From Fimbriimonadales bacterium (GTDB lineage Bacteria > Armatimonadota > Fimbriimonadia > Fimbriimonadales > ATM1): 64,000 nt of DNA. Positions 48,721 through 58,616 of the stretch are shown piece after piece (positions within the stretch are counted from its first letter, which is position 1; each line of letters starts with the position of its first letter). A program made the translations under genes and the position numbers. The notes under the pieces were generated by a model. The model ran no database searches. It was not told where the DNA came from and saw only the letters and a program-made list of their open reading frames with translations. The stretch spans positions 64,001-128,000 of the forward strand of contig JBPCLO010000013.1 of NCBI GenBank assembly GCA_051003155.1, written 5' to 3'.

Positions 48721-49676
48721 CGAAGCGAGTACGCTGTCGGAGGATCGGTGGCGTCACGCAGGCCACATTGAACCAATTTCTCAGGAACCTGTTCGGTTAA
48801 GGGCTGCAGTTCCGTGCCGGGCCCTTCGGAAACCGGATAGATACCGTGCTTGATCCTCGAGGGCGGGACTTCCGGCCCGAACTTGCCCAGAGACGCGAAT
48901 TCGTCCGCAGAGATTCCGCCGCCGACGACCTTCATCGCCAAGTTGGCCAGCCTGAATACGCTCACCTTCTGGCTAGGTGAGGTTACTTTCTCCTTGAACG
49001 CGACCATGAATTCTTGCTGTCGGCGGCCTCGTTCGAAGTCGCTGTCATGGCGGTAACGCAAGAATCCGATCGCCGTCTCGCCACTTAACTTTTGTCTTCC
49101 TGGCTTGAGGTTGATATCTAAACCGCCGCGCTTGTCTCGATATTTCATGCGCATAGGAACGTACATCTCCACGCCGCCGACCTCGTCGATCATCTTCTTG
49201 ATAGCGTCGTAATTCAGCACGACAACCCTATCGGGGCGGATGCCCGTTAGCATCATTACTGCCTCGCTGGTTGCATTCGGGCCGCCGATCGGATGAAGAC
49301 CGTTGATTTTCATTCGATCGTATCCGGGAACTTCCACCATCGTGTCTCTCGGGATCTGCATCATCCCCACGGCCTTGTGATCAAAGTCCAGGCGGATGAG
49401 TTGGATCGTGTCGGTCCGAGCGAATTCATTGAGCACCTGGCCCGTCTTGTTTGAGCCGGGGACGGCGTAATAACGATTCTCGTCGCACCCGAGGACCAAG
49501 ACGAACAGTTCGCGACGCCCCTCGAAGGGGTCCGGACTATAGAATGGTACATATCCTCGCTGCACAACAGTGGCCCAAACCAAGGGGTTCTGTTCCATGA
49601 CGGCTACGGCGACGCCGATACCCAGGGCGAGTGCGCACAGGCTCACGTATGCAATCCAACCGAAAACTGTCCTCAA
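48717..49676 (-). CDS. LCP (LytR-CpsA-Psr) family protein
   Basis: 'LVLGCD', 'RTDTI', 'IPRDT', 'KIN', 'RYRH.SDFERGRRQQ'. Confidence 0.92.
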   Translation of the reverse strand: MRTVFGWIAYVSLCALALGIGVAVAVMEQNPLVWATVVQRGYVPFYSPDPFEGRRELFVLVLGCDENRYYAVPGSNKTGQVLNEFARTDTIQLIRLDFDHKAVGMMQIPRDTMVEVPGYDRMKINGLHPIGGPNATSEAVMMLTGIRPDRVVVLNYDAIKKMIDEVGGVEMYVPMRMKYRDKRGGLDINLKPGRQKLSGETAIGFLRYRHDSDFERGRRQQEFMVAFKEKVTSPSQKVSVFRLANLAMKVVGGGISADEFASLGKFGPEVPPSRIKHGIYPVSEGPGTELQPLTEQVPEKLVQCGLRDATDPPTAYSLR

Positions 49677-49693
49677 ATATTTCTCCTAGCCAA

Positions 49694-50998
49694 TCACACG
49701 CCTGCAGCGACCTCTTGGTCTACGCGTTGTGACGGAATTAACACCTTGAAGGTTGCTCCGGTTCCGAGCTTCGACTCGATGTCCATCCTTCCGCCCAATG
49801 CCGAAGCGAGTTCCAGCACGATCTTCGTTCCCCATCCCGAGCCTCCGCTTGACGACCATTGCGACGTCGCGTTTCCGGACAGAATACGCCTTATGACGTG
49901 CTCGGGCATTCCCGGTCCCGAATCCTGCACCTCGATTATGAACTGCACAGGGTCTCGCTTGCACCGTATCCAAACCTCTCCTGTCCTGTCTTGGTCATCG
50001 GCATGTGATCCTTTCCGATTCGATTCGCAGACGGCTTTGATTGCGTTGCCTACCAAGTTCTGCACGATTCGAAACACAAACTGGCTGTCGAAGAGGGCAT
50101 GAGACTGGTCATCGGTGATCTCATAAAGTAATTTTACGCCGTTTCGTCGGGCCTCTGGCTCGAGGTACGCCGCAGCGTCGGCAACGGCTTTTGGTAGAAT
50201 GCCCGGGTTCAACGTCGGCCGTACCGATTGCCCCGCGGAAATGTCCGAAATGAGTCTGCTATAGCCGACAATCCTGTCGATGGTGTTGCCCATTTCTTCA
50301 AAGGCCTCTCGGAGATCGCTGGTTCGATCCTTGGGGTCTCCCTCCTTGCCAAGGTCCGCCTCTATGCCTTCTAATAGCGGATCGATGTAAAGCAGGTTCG
50401 AATATAGAGCCGCCGCCAGATTGCCGATGTCGTGCGAAACCTTGCCCATTCCCATGAGGCTTGCGGCCCGATTCGCCTGTTCCATTAGACTAGAATTGAT
50501 GTAGGCCATAGCGCTCACCGCGCATACCGTCTCGATAACCTTGAGGTCTTGGTCATCGAAGTCGCCTACGCGCTTGTTGATGAGCTGGACAACGCCGATG
50601 GGGACGAGCCCAGGAACTCCCAGCGGGGCCGAAAGCATGTTTCGGATCGAGATGTCGGTCGCCGTTTCGAAGTCGGTTCGATTCGCGTTCGGCGCGATGG
50701 GGGTATCGCTGCTGGTAATCGTAGGCTCGCCGCTATGGAAGGCATGCCCAGCGGCGCCGAAATGGTCGGGAATGTCCTTGGCGGGAAGCTTCTCGCGCAC
50801 TTCCTCCGGAAGCACATGTCGAAACTCTAGGCAGTGGCGGTCGGGATCGTGGATGTAAATCGTTCCGGCATCGGCTCCTGCGGCGTCGACACACAGCCGC
50901 AAGACCTCCCGCAACGTTTCCTCGACACTCGTCGTTGAGGACAGCTTTTGGGTCGCCATGTGAACGGCCGATATGAGCCGAGGTTCCCGATCCGACAT
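49694..50998 (-). CDS. GAF-domain sensor histidine kinase (cytoplasmic, orphan)
   Basis: GAF 'GVVQLINK'; H-box 'SHDIGN'; N-box 'NLVGNAIKA'; 'DSGPGM', 'GSGWG'; ATG 50998 follows CATAAT. Confidence 0.9.
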   Translation of the reverse strand: MSDREPRLISAVHMATQKLSSTTSVEETLREVLRLCVDAAGADAGTIYIHDPDRHCLEFRHVLPEEVREKLPAKDIPDHFGAAGHAFHSGEPTITSSDTPIAPNANRTDFETATDISIRNMLSAPLGVPGLVPIGVVQLINKRVGDFDDQDLKVIETVCAVSAMAYINSSLMEQANRAASLMGMGKVSHDIGNLAAALYSNLLYIDPLLEGIEADLGKEGDPKDRTSDLREAFEEMGNTIDRIVGYSRLISDISAGQSVRPTLNPGILPKAVADAAAYLEPEARRNGVKLLYEITDDQSHALFDSQFVFRIVQNLVGNAIKAVCESNRKGSHADDQDRTGEVWIRCKRDPVQFIIEVQDSGPGMPEHVIRRILSGNATSQWSSSGGSGWGTKIVLELASALGGRMDIESKLGTGATFKVLIPSQRVDQEVAAGV

Positions 50999-51042
50999 CC
51001 AGCGTAAATTATGGCTTATCGCGCGGGTAGCATCGGGTTTCG

Positions 51043-51534
51043 ATGGAGCTACGGTACTTTCCAGAAGATGCGGTAAGAGTCCGCAAATTAGCGGGATCAC
51101 TCTATCCACGATGCGAGATCGAGAGCGACCGGTGCGTGTTGCAGGCCAAGTTTCGGCGGTGTTTTCCACTGACCGATCCAACGGTGTTCGTTTCAATTTG
51201 CGAGGAATCCGGACGAGAGGTGGGGATTATCAAGGATCCAGAAGCCTTGGACGACGAAAGCAGGCTTCTGGTCGCCAAGGAATTGGACAATTTCTACTTT
51301 ACGCCGATCGTTCGAAGCATCACCGCTCTCAAGCAAGAAGCGTCGATGTGGAAGTGGGAGGTGGAGACCCAAAGAGGGCCGGTTTCGTTCTACCTCCGGG
51401 GAGTCCGCGACTCCGTCCACGAGGTCGCTCCGGGTCGGTGGCAGATCTACAGCGTGGATGGCCAGCGATACGAAATCCAGAACTACGATAGCCTCGATGC
51501 CAAGACACAACATCTTTTCGAATCGCTTTTTTAA
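51043..51534 (+). CDS. DUF1854 domain protein
   Basis: 'RRCFPLTDP..FVSI....GREVGII', 'YFTP.V..I', 'WEVETQRG'. Confidence 0.8.
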   Translation: MELRYFPEDAVRVRKLAGSLYPRCEIESDRCVLQAKFRRCFPLTDPTVFVSICEESGREVGIIKDPEALDDESRLLVAKELDNFYFTPIVRSITALKQEASMWKWEVETQRGPVSFYLRGVRDSVHEVAPGRWQIYSVDGQRYEIQNYDSLDAKTQHLFESLF

Positions 51535-52201
51535 GACCGCTCTCGATTACCTTTCTCCTCCCAAATGCCATTTGTGCTTGGAGTTGGATCGAACGCCCGT
51601 TTGCAGCGAGTGTGAGGCCCTCATCCAAGAGCTACCTGCCGGGAGTTGCCCCCGCTGCGCCGTGGGAAGCGCCGGGCAATGCCAGGACTGCCGATGGATG
51701 TCATACCTCGACTGGCTGAGGTCGGCCGTCGACTATGAGGGGGTCGCGGGCCTAGCCGTAAGGCTGCTGAAGTTCAGTCGAAACATGGAACTCGCGGTAC
51801 CGATGGCGCGGAAGATGGCAGCCTGCCCGATGCCGCTTTCGGTCGATTACATCGTTCCCGTTCCAACCCATTGGTCACGCCGGGCGCAAAGGGGTTTTAA
51901 CCAAGCGGAGGAATTGGCGCACGGTCTTGGGTCCATCGACGGCCAGACTCGAACCGAACTGCTGATTCGTCACAAAGCGACGCCTCCGCAGGCGAGGGCG
52001 CGTGGGCGACAACGTAAAGAATCGCTCCGAGGCGCATTTTCATCTAAGCCTTGCCCCGGGGTAAAGGTCCTGCTTATCGACGACGTCGTAACCAGCGGTG
52101 GGACACTGGAGGCTTGCGCGGAAGCGCTCAAATCGGCCGGAGCGTCATGGGTCGGAGCCCTGACATTCGCGCGCCAAATTAGCAAGGGAAGGCTACAATA
52201 A
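51497..52201 (+). CDS. comF: ComF family amidophosphoribosyltransferase-like protein
   Basis: Double zinc ribbon, 'VPVP.H..R..RGFNQAE', 'LIDDVVTSGGT'; start chosen at ATG 51497 (TACGAT 7 nt upstream). Confidence 0.88.
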   Translation: MPRHNIFSNRFFKTALDYLSPPKCHLCLELDRTPVCSECEALIQELPAGSCPRCAVGSAGQCQDCRWMSYLDWLRSAVDYEGVAGLAVRLLKFSRNMELAVPMARKMAACPMPLSVDYIVPVPTHWSRRAQRGFNQAEELAHGLGSIDGQTRTELLIRHKATPPQARARGRQRKESLRGAFSSKPCPGVKVLLIDDVVTSGGTLEACAEALKSAGASWVGALTFARQISKGRLQ

Positions 52202-52208
52202 AGAGTCC

Positions 52209-53273
52209 ATGAAGGCTCTGATACTCGCGGGCGGCAAAGGATCGCGACTGCGCCCGATCACCCACAGCATCGCCAAACAACTGATACCCGTCGCAAATAA
52301 ACCGGTAATCGAGTTCGGAATCGAAGCGATCCGAAACGCCGGCGTGACCGACTTCGGCATCATCGTCGGTGATTCGGCAGGCGAGATCAAGGAGGCTTTG
52401 GGCACGGGCGAACGGTGGGAGGCAAAGTTCACCTATATTCCCCAGTCTGCACCCCTTGGACTGGCGCACGCGGTCAAGACCGCGCAGCCCTTTCTTGGGG
52501 AGAGTCGATTTATAATGTATCTCGGCGATAACCTGATCAAGACCGGGGTCGACGAACTCGTAAAAGAGTTCGATACCGGATCATTCGACGCTTCCATCCT
52601 CCTCACAAAGGTGCCGAATCCCGGAGAATTTGGAGTCGCCGAGCTCCATGATGGCCGCGTCGTGGGTCTAGTCGAAAAGCCCAAGGAGCCGAAGAGCGAC
52701 TATGCCCTGGTCGGCGTTTACCTGTTTAACCCGACGATTTTCGATGCGATCGATACCCTGAAGCCCTCGTTCAGAGGAGAATACGAGATCACCGACGCGA
52801 TACAAACCCTGATCGATTGGGGCAAGGACGTGCGCCCGCATATCGTCACGGGTTGGTGGAAAGATACGGGCACCGTCGAGGCGATGCTCGAAGCCAATCG
52901 CCTGATACTAGAGGACATGGCGCATTCCGTGGAAGGCGAATGTTGCGACAAGACGATGATCGACGGCCCCGTCACGATTGCAAAAGGCGCAAGGGTCGTG
53001 CACAGCACCATCCGCGGTCCAGCGGTGATCGGCCCCTGCTGCGAGATCATCGACTCCTACGTCGGGCCGTTCACCAGTATCGCCGAGCGCACCCGACTCG
53101 AAAACTCCGAGATCGAGTACAGCATCGTAATGGAGGACGCGGTCATTGAAAACGTTGACGGCAGAATCTCGGGCAGCCTAATCGGCCGCGGCGCCACAGT
53201 ATCCAAGACCGGCAGGAAGCCGATGTCTGTTAGGCTGGTGCTCGGCGACAACTCAAGCGTCGTGATTCCGTAG
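52209..53273 (+). CDS. rfbA: Glucose-1-phosphate thymidylyltransferase (long form)
   Basis: 'LAGGKGSRLRPIT...KQLIPVANKP', 'PLGLAHAV', 'YLGDN', 'GEYEITDA', 'WWKDTG'. Confidence 0.92.
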   Translation: MKALILAGGKGSRLRPITHSIAKQLIPVANKPVIEFGIEAIRNAGVTDFGIIVGDSAGEIKEALGTGERWEAKFTYIPQSAPLGLAHAVKTAQPFLGESRFIMYLGDNLIKTGVDELVKEFDTGSFDASILLTKVPNPGEFGVAELHDGRVVGLVEKPKEPKSDYALVGVYLFNPTIFDAIDTLKPSFRGEYEITDAIQTLIDWGKDVRPHIVTGWWKDTGTVEAMLEANRLILEDMAHSVEGECCDKTMIDGPVTIAKGARVVHSTIRGPAVIGPCCEIIDSYVGPFTSIAERTRLENSEIEYSIVMEDAVIENVDGRISGSLIGRGATVSKTGRKPMSVRLVLGDNSSVVIP

Positions 53274-53852
53274 CCAGTGCGCGGCTTCGGTCAAAGCGAT
53301 GCCTCGGTGGCTAATGGCATTCTTTTGATCGGGTTTCATCTGGGCAAACGTGCAGTCTTGTTCCGGCAAAAAGAAGATGGAATCGTAACCGAATCCCCGC
53401 TCGCCGGCGGGTTTCTGGGCGATCGATCCCCCTTTGACAGATTCAAAAACCATGGTCGGCCCTCCCGGTTCGCTGATCGCTACTGCGCAACGAAACCGGG
53501 CGTCGCGTGCCTTGCCGTCCAGCCGCTCCAAGATAATTCGAATTTTGTCAGGGAAGGGAAGGTCTTCGCCGCCGAATCTTTTGCTGTGAAGGCCCGGCGT
53601 TCCTCCGAGGGCGTCGATTTCGAGGCCTGCATCATCGGCGATGCACAACTCCTTCGTCGCACCTGCTGCCGCCTCCGCCTTGATCTTCGCGTTCTCCGCA
53701 TAGCTGTCTCCCGTTTCCTCAGGCTCCGGAAATTCTGGGTAATCCGCCAAGGTTCGAACTTCCCAGAATTCCCCGAGCAGATCGGCGAGTATCCTCACCA
53801 TCTCCGAGGCTTTGCTTTGGTTTCTCGTCGCGACGACAAGCATCGTCCTCAA
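53253..53852 (-). CDS. rdgB: Non-canonical purine NTP pyrophosphatase (RdgB/HAM1)
   Basis: 'ATRN..K..E', 'ENAKIKA', 'ADDAGL', 'GFGYD..F', 'KN.ISHRG'. Confidence 0.95.
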   Translation of the reverse strand: MRTMLVVATRNQSKASEMVRILADLLGEFWEVRTLADYPEFPEPEETGDSYAENAKIKAEAAAGATKELCIADDAGLEIDALGGTPGLHSKRFGGEDLPFPDKIRIILERLDGKARDARFRCAVAISEPGGPTMVFESVKGGSIAQKPAGERGFGYDSIFFLPEQDCTFAQMKPDQKNAISHRGIALTEAAHWLRNHDA

Positions 53853-54568
53853 ATGGCGAGAACCTCGGTTTGGTACTCGAAAAGCTGCTTGATCCCTCTC
53901 TTCCCAAGCCCAAGAAGCTTAGCGAACTGCTCCTCTTCGAAAGGGTCGCCTTCGGCAGTTCCTTGGACCTCGACGTACCGGCCTTTGTTCGTCATGATGA
54001 GGTTCAGGTCCACCGCGGCCCTGCTGTCCTCTTCATAGCAAAGGTCCAGAAGTTCGACGCCGTTGACTACGCCGACGCTCACAGCCGCGATGCTCTCGCT
54101 CATCGGAGTGCGGTCGACCATGCGCTGCTCGATCATCCACCGGAAAGCGTCTTCGAGCGCCACTTGTGCACCCGTGATTGCCGCCGTGCGTGTGCCTCCA
54201 TCCGCTTGGATAGCATCGCAATCGATGGTGATCGTACGTTCGCCCAGCTTCTTCAGATCGACGACGGCGCGCAGGCACCTCCCGATGAGACGCTGAATCT
54301 CCATCGACCTGCCATTCGGTCGCTGGTTGTCCCGCTGATTACGCTGCTTTCCGGAGCGCGGTAGCATTCCGTACTCAGCGGTGACCCATCCCGATCCCTT
54401 GCCCTTCATCCACATAGGAACCCGATCCTCGACTGTGGCAGTGACGAGCATGATCGTGTCGCCCATGGAAATGCGGCAAGAGCCCTCCGCAAACTTCGCG
54501 ACCCCCCTCTCCATCGTAACCGGGCGAAGCTCATTCGCAGCGCGTCCATCAACCCTCTGTAAAGCCAT
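53849..54568 (-). CDS. rph: Ribonuclease PH
   Basis: 'GWVTAEYGMLPR', 'EIQRLIGR', 'QADGGTRTAAITG', 'EVQGTAEG'. Confidence 0.97.
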   Translation of the reverse strand: MALQRVDGRAANELRPVTMERGVAKFAEGSCRISMGDTIMLVTATVEDRVPMWMKGKGSGWVTAEYGMLPRSGKQRNQRDNQRPNGRSMEIQRLIGRCLRAVVDLKKLGERTITIDCDAIQADGGTRTAAITGAQVALEDAFRWMIEQRMVDRTPMSESIAAVSVGVVNGVELLDLCYEEDSRAAVDLNLIMTNKGRYVEVQGTAEGDPFEEEQFAKLLGLGKRGIKQLFEYQTEVLAI

Positions 54569-54578
54569 CGCGCTGATT

Positions 54579-55415
54579 TTACCGGCGGATTAGGAGCGCG
54601 GCAAGCCAGCCGTCTTGAATCGTTGTTTCGGAAAGATCGAATCCGCACGTGTTCGCAGCAGCCAGGACATCTGGCCAGTTGTCGGGAATCACACCGGACA
54701 GGATCCACGTCCCACCGATCTTCACGACACGCGCGATTTCGGGAGCCAGCTTGATCAAAACTGCCGAGACGATGTTCGAAACAACGACATCGCACGGTGG
54801 AACCTCCGCAGGAATCGTCCCGGTTGTTGCTAATTGCGCGGTTACGCCGTTCCTCTTGAGGTTCCTACGCGCCACATCGGCGGCGGGCGGATCGATCTCG
54901 GTCGCGATAATCTTATTGGCACCGAGACGGCCGGCCGCTATCGCTAGGACCCCGCTGCCGCAGCCGACGTCGAGCACCGTATCGCCTGCCGAAATCGCAT
55001 CTTCGAGGAGCGCAACGCACATCCGTGTCGTCGGGTGCTCGCCGGTCCCGAAAGCCTGCCCGGGGTCTAGCTCGATCACGAGCTTTTCGCCCGCTTCGGC
55101 TTCCTCCCAACTCGGCTTGATAAGAAACCGTTTTCCGATCGACCGGGGTCTGAAGAACTGCTTCCAGGTTTCCGCCCAATCCTCTTCGGGTACCGATTCG
55201 AAGGAAACGCTCGTGGCCCCCTGATCGAGCAGCGCCTTTCCTAGTACAGCAGTAACGTCGCCGGCTGAGTCCGTTTCGGTAAAGAAACCGCTCAAGGAAG
55301 CGGGGTTATCGCCTTCGATCGTTCCCGAGCAGCCGTGGGATTCGAAGATTTCATGAACGACCGAAAAGTCGCCAGGCTTGGCGTCGAACACAGCCCTGGC
55401 CCGCAGCCAGTTCAC
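54579..55415 (-). CDS. prmA: Ribosomal protein L11 methyltransferase
   Basis: 'DW...WKQFF', 'LDPGQAFGTGEHPTT', 'LDVGCGSGVL'. Confidence 0.95.
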   Translation of the reverse strand: MNWLRARAVFDAKPGDFSVVHEIFESHGCSGTIEGDNPASLSGFFTETDSAGDVTAVLGKALLDQGATSVSFESVPEEDWAETWKQFFRPRSIGKRFLIKPSWEEAEAGEKLVIELDPGQAFGTGEHPTTRMCVALLEDAISAGDTVLDVGCGSGVLAIAAGRLGANKIIATEIDPPAADVARRNLKRNGVTAQLATTGTIPAEVPPCDVVVSNIVSAVLIKLAPEIARVVKIGGTWILSGVIPDNWPDVLAAANTCGFDLSETTIQDGWLAALLIRR

Positions 55416-56521
55416 GTACTCTTCTTGACCGTCTTCAGGAAGTCGCCGAGAAATCCCTGCTCTGCTTTACCGGATTTCTTGGCATCGAACGAGTCCTGGA
55501 ACGACACCAGCAGCTGCTTTTGGTATTCGCTCAACTCTTTGGGAACGTCGACGGCCACCCGAACGCGCAGGTCTCCGCGGTCCTGGCTTCCGACTTGCGG
55601 AACCCCTTGGCCGCGAATTCTGAACTCCTGTCCGCTCTGCGTTCCAGCGGGGATCCCGATTTCGAATTCGCTGTCGATACCGTCGAGTTTGAGCTGTGCG
55701 CCCAGTGCGGCCTGCGCGAACGAGATCGGGACGTTCGTCATTAAGCCGTTTGCATCGCGGGTGAATCGAGGGTCCCCCTTAACCCGGACGGCGACATAGA
55801 GATCGCCTGGGCGGCCGCCGTTCAGGCCGTCCTCGCCCTGGCCGGGGATGTGAAGCACCGTGCCCGTATCCACGCCGGGTGGGATGTTGACCTCGAACTT
55901 CGTCTTTGCGGTTTGCCGCTTATTGCCCACGCACCGAGGACAAGCGTCTTTCACGACCTGGCCCTCGCCGGCACACCGGGAGCACGGGGCCGTTCTGCGA
56001 ACCTGGCCCATGAAAGTGTTGGTGACCTGCACCACAACGCCCGCGCCGCCACAGTCGGGGCAGGGAATCGGAGAAGTGCCGGCGCGCGCACCCGAGCCGC
56101 TGCAATCGGGGCAGGTCTCCAGCCGGTCGTAAAGCAGCCAACGCTTGACCCCGGTCACGACTTCTCTAAGGGTCACGGTTTCATCGACTTGAAGGTCACG
56201 CCCTTGCACGACCCTTGGCCCGCCGCGGCGAGGCGCCCCCGCGCCGAAAAACATCTCGAAAATCTCGCCGATGCCGCTGAAGTCTGCGGCGCTCGGCTGA
56301 GCATCGGAGACGGTCCCGTAGAGGTCGTACTCGCGGCGCTTGGCGTCGTTGCCTAGCACTGAATAGGCTTCGCCGAGCTGCTTGAACTTGGCTTCGGCCC
56401 CCGGGTCTTCCTTGTTGACGTCGGGGTGGTACTTGCGCGCGAGCCTTCGGAAGGCCGACTTTATCTCATCCGGGCCGACGTCTCGCGCCACGCCTAAAAT
56501 TGCGTAGTAGTCCTGAGACAT
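55412..56521 (-). CDS. dnaJ: Chaperone DnaJ
   Basis: J-domain HPD, four CxxCxG zinc motifs, 'GDLYV'. Confidence 0.97.
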   Translation of the reverse strand: MSQDYYAILGVARDVGPDEIKSAFRRLARKYHPDVNKEDPGAEAKFKQLGEAYSVLGNDAKRREYDLYGTVSDAQPSAADFSGIGEIFEMFFGAGAPRRGGPRVVQGRDLQVDETVTLREVVTGVKRWLLYDRLETCPDCSGSGARAGTSPIPCPDCGGAGVVVQVTNTFMGQVRRTAPCSRCAGEGQVVKDACPRCVGNKRQTAKTKFEVNIPPGVDTGTVLHIPGQGEDGLNGGRPGDLYVAVRVKGDPRFTRDANGLMTNVPISFAQAALGAQLKLDGIDSEFEIGIPAGTQSGQEFRIRGQGVPQVGSQDRGDLRVRVAVDVPKELSEYQKQLLVSFQDSFDAKKSGKAEQGFLGDFLKTVKKST

Positions 56522-56523
56522 CC

Positions 56524-57039
56524 TCAGTCGATGAGCGCTTCGTCTTCTTCCACTTCTTCGACTTCGTCGACTTCGAGGTCGGTGAGCGAGGCGACCGCGA
56601 GTTCATCCTCGTCATCTTCGTCCTCGTTCTCTTCGTCAAGAAGGTCTTCGAGCGAGATCGTTTCCTCCTCGAAGTCGCCGGCTTCGCGCATGCTCGCTCC
56701 GGCGAACGGCGCTTCGTCCTCCGCCGTGCGCGGCGTCACGCCGAGTAACGCCCCGATGTCGCCAAAGCCCGAATCGAACCCGCCTGCTTCTCTCGCGAGA
56801 AGATCGATGGAGTCGAGCGTCTCGCTGGCTTGAGGAACGAGGTCGCCCTCGACCATGATCGCCCGAACGGCGCCTTCAGCGATTTCTTCGAGAGCGATCG
56901 TGATGGGATGAATTGACGTCGTATGAATCAGGACCGGCGCCCCGTCTTTGATCTGCTTGGCGCGCCTTGCCGCGAGGTTGGCAAGGACATAACGGCTGGA
57001 AAATGCGTCGAGCTTGTCGCCTTCTGGGTAGAGTGCCAT
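56524..57039 (-). CDS. rpoZ: RNA polymerase omega subunit with ~100-aa acidic extension
   Basis: 'SRY.L..LAARRAKQI', 'PITIALEEIAEG'; D/E-rich tail. Confidence 0.88.
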   Translation of the reverse strand: MALYPEGDKLDAFSSRYVLANLAARRAKQIKDGAPVLIHTTSIHPITIALEEIAEGAVRAIMVEGDLVPQASETLDSIDLLAREAGGFDSGFGDIGALLGVTPRTAEDEAPFAGASMREAGDFEEETISLEDLLDEENEDEDDEDELAVASLTDLEVDEVEEVEEDEALID

Positions 57040-57080
57040 AGTTTAGGAAGCCCCGACTGCGCGCAGGGGCCGAACCTGAT

Positions 57081-57086
57081 ATTATA
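57081..57086 (-). promoter_or_regulatory. -10 box TATAAT of the rpoZ-dnaJ-prmA operon
   Basis: gtgTATAAT about 40 nt upstream of the rpoZ ATG. Confidence 0.6.
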
Positions 57087-57106
57087 CACTACCGAACGGA
57101 TGAAGG

Positions 57107-58591
57107 CTACGTACCCGGGACAATCCATCGTGCCCGGTCGATGCGGGCGAACCACGGGAAGATGAATACCGGGCCGAGGGCTTTGTAACTGATCCTCGCC
57201 CTCACGTTCCTTGTGCCCGCCTCGATGTAGTCCGACGCGTTGCCCGTCACGTTCACACGTTCGACGCTGTCGATCATTGTCGCCATGTGAGTCTCGATTA
57301 CATCGTAGGTCTGCGTCGCGAAGTTGTACAGCGCGATATTCATCTCGGCATTCCCGATGCTCGCGCTGGATTCCATCTGGAAGCTGAGCATGGGCGGCGA
57401 TGCCTGCGGCGATATGCCGTTCAGCCGAATCTGAATCGGCGGCTCCGCGTTCGAAAAAACCGCACCAGGACGCATGACGAGCCGGTTGTCGTCGCTTGAT
57501 AGCAAAGACGAGAGATTGCCCGACACGACTGAGCCTCGAAGCATGTCGAAAGAGACCGGCGGAATGATGCTGTTCTGGCGGATCCATAACCCGGCGTGTA
57601 CTGTGCTGTTCCACCCACGTACGATTCGTATTTTACCGACCACGCGGGTTACGTCGCCCGTATCGTAGACCGCATACGCCTCAGATCTTTCTGCGTGAGC
57701 GGGGTGAAGATCGACGTACGTGTCACGCGAGCCGTACCAAAGCGTTGCTCGAATTTTACCCCGGACCAATGCCTCACCGACTTGCTGCCCCTCGTGCACG
57801 CCATATGCTTTAGAACCCTGGCCGGGGTCTAGGTCCACGTAAGTATCTGCAGAGCCCCGCCAAAGGCATGCGCCCGCCGCGCCGCCAGAGGCCGAAGTCA
57901 GCTCGCCCACTTCCTGATCAGCATCAATCGCAAATGCCATTGAATTTAAGGCGCCAACGGGATGAAGATCTACCCACGATGCCGCTGTTCCCCTCCAATA
58001 GCCTGCGTGCGACGAGCCGAATACTGCCCACCCAGCCTGGCGGCCATTATGCACCCCTCTGGCCCAGGACCAGCCCGAGCCTGCGGGGCTTAGGTCTACC
58101 CAAGACTCCGCCGTGCCCCTCCAAAGGCTTGCACTTGGGTACTCGTGCCGGAGATCGACACCACCAACTTGCTGGCCGTTATGCACATCACTAGCCTGCG
58201 CAGCGAGAGCACCCTTTGGCGTCAGATCTATCCAAGAACGATCTGACCAAAGGATCGCACGACTTTCTTCCTGTACGTTATAGCGGCCGTATCCGACAAT
58301 CTCGCGGCCCTGTACGGCGGTTGCGACCGATGAATGGAGACCGTCCGGCAGGAAGTTCCCTGATTCACTGCTACCTGACCATCTTACGGCCCGCGCTTGC
58401 GAACCCGACGCAGCCCAGCCCACCTCGCTGCCGGCGTCGGCCCCCAAGGCATTGGCTTGAGAGCCTTGAGGGGTTAAGTCGATGAACGTCCACTGTGCGC
58501 CCGCATGTGCAGCCACGCCAACTACAACCGCAATGGAAGCACCCCTCCAAGCTCGGCCCGGGCGCTCGGTCACACTCCTCAACCGTTTCAC
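57107..58591 (-). CDS. Secreted beta-repeat protein ('W.G.A.S.VDL.P' repeats) with ~150-aa C-terminal domain
   Basis: Leader ending AHAGA-QW; repeats 'A.GVH.GQQVG..A.LWRGTAESWVDL.P'; C-terminal 'RGSVVSGNLSSLLSSDDNRL..WFARIDRARW'. Confidence 0.85.
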   Translation of the reverse strand: MKRLRSVTERPGRAWRGASIAVVVGVAAHAGAQWTFIDLTPQGSQANALGADAGSEVGWAASGSQARAVRWSGSSESGNFLPDGLHSSVATAVQGREIVGYGRYNVQEESRAILWSDRSWIDLTPKGALAAQASDVHNGQQVGGVDLRHEYPSASLWRGTAESWVDLSPAGSGWSWARGVHNGRQAGWAVFGSSHAGYWRGTAASWVDLHPVGALNSMAFAIDADQEVGELTSASGGAAGACLWRGSADTYVDLDPGQGSKAYGVHEGQQVGEALVRGKIRATLWYGSRDTYVDLHPAHAERSEAYAVYDTGDVTRVVGKIRIVRGWNSTVHAGLWIRQNSIIPPVSFDMLRGSVVSGNLSSLLSSDDNRLVMRPGAVFSNAEPPIQIRLNGISPQASPPMLSFQMESSASIGNAEMNIALYNFATQTYDVIETHMATMIDSVERVNVTGNASDYIEAGTRNVRARISYKALGPVFIFPWFARIDRARWIVPGT

Positions 58592-58616
58592 TGGTAAGAC
58601 ATTCTACTCCGGAAAG

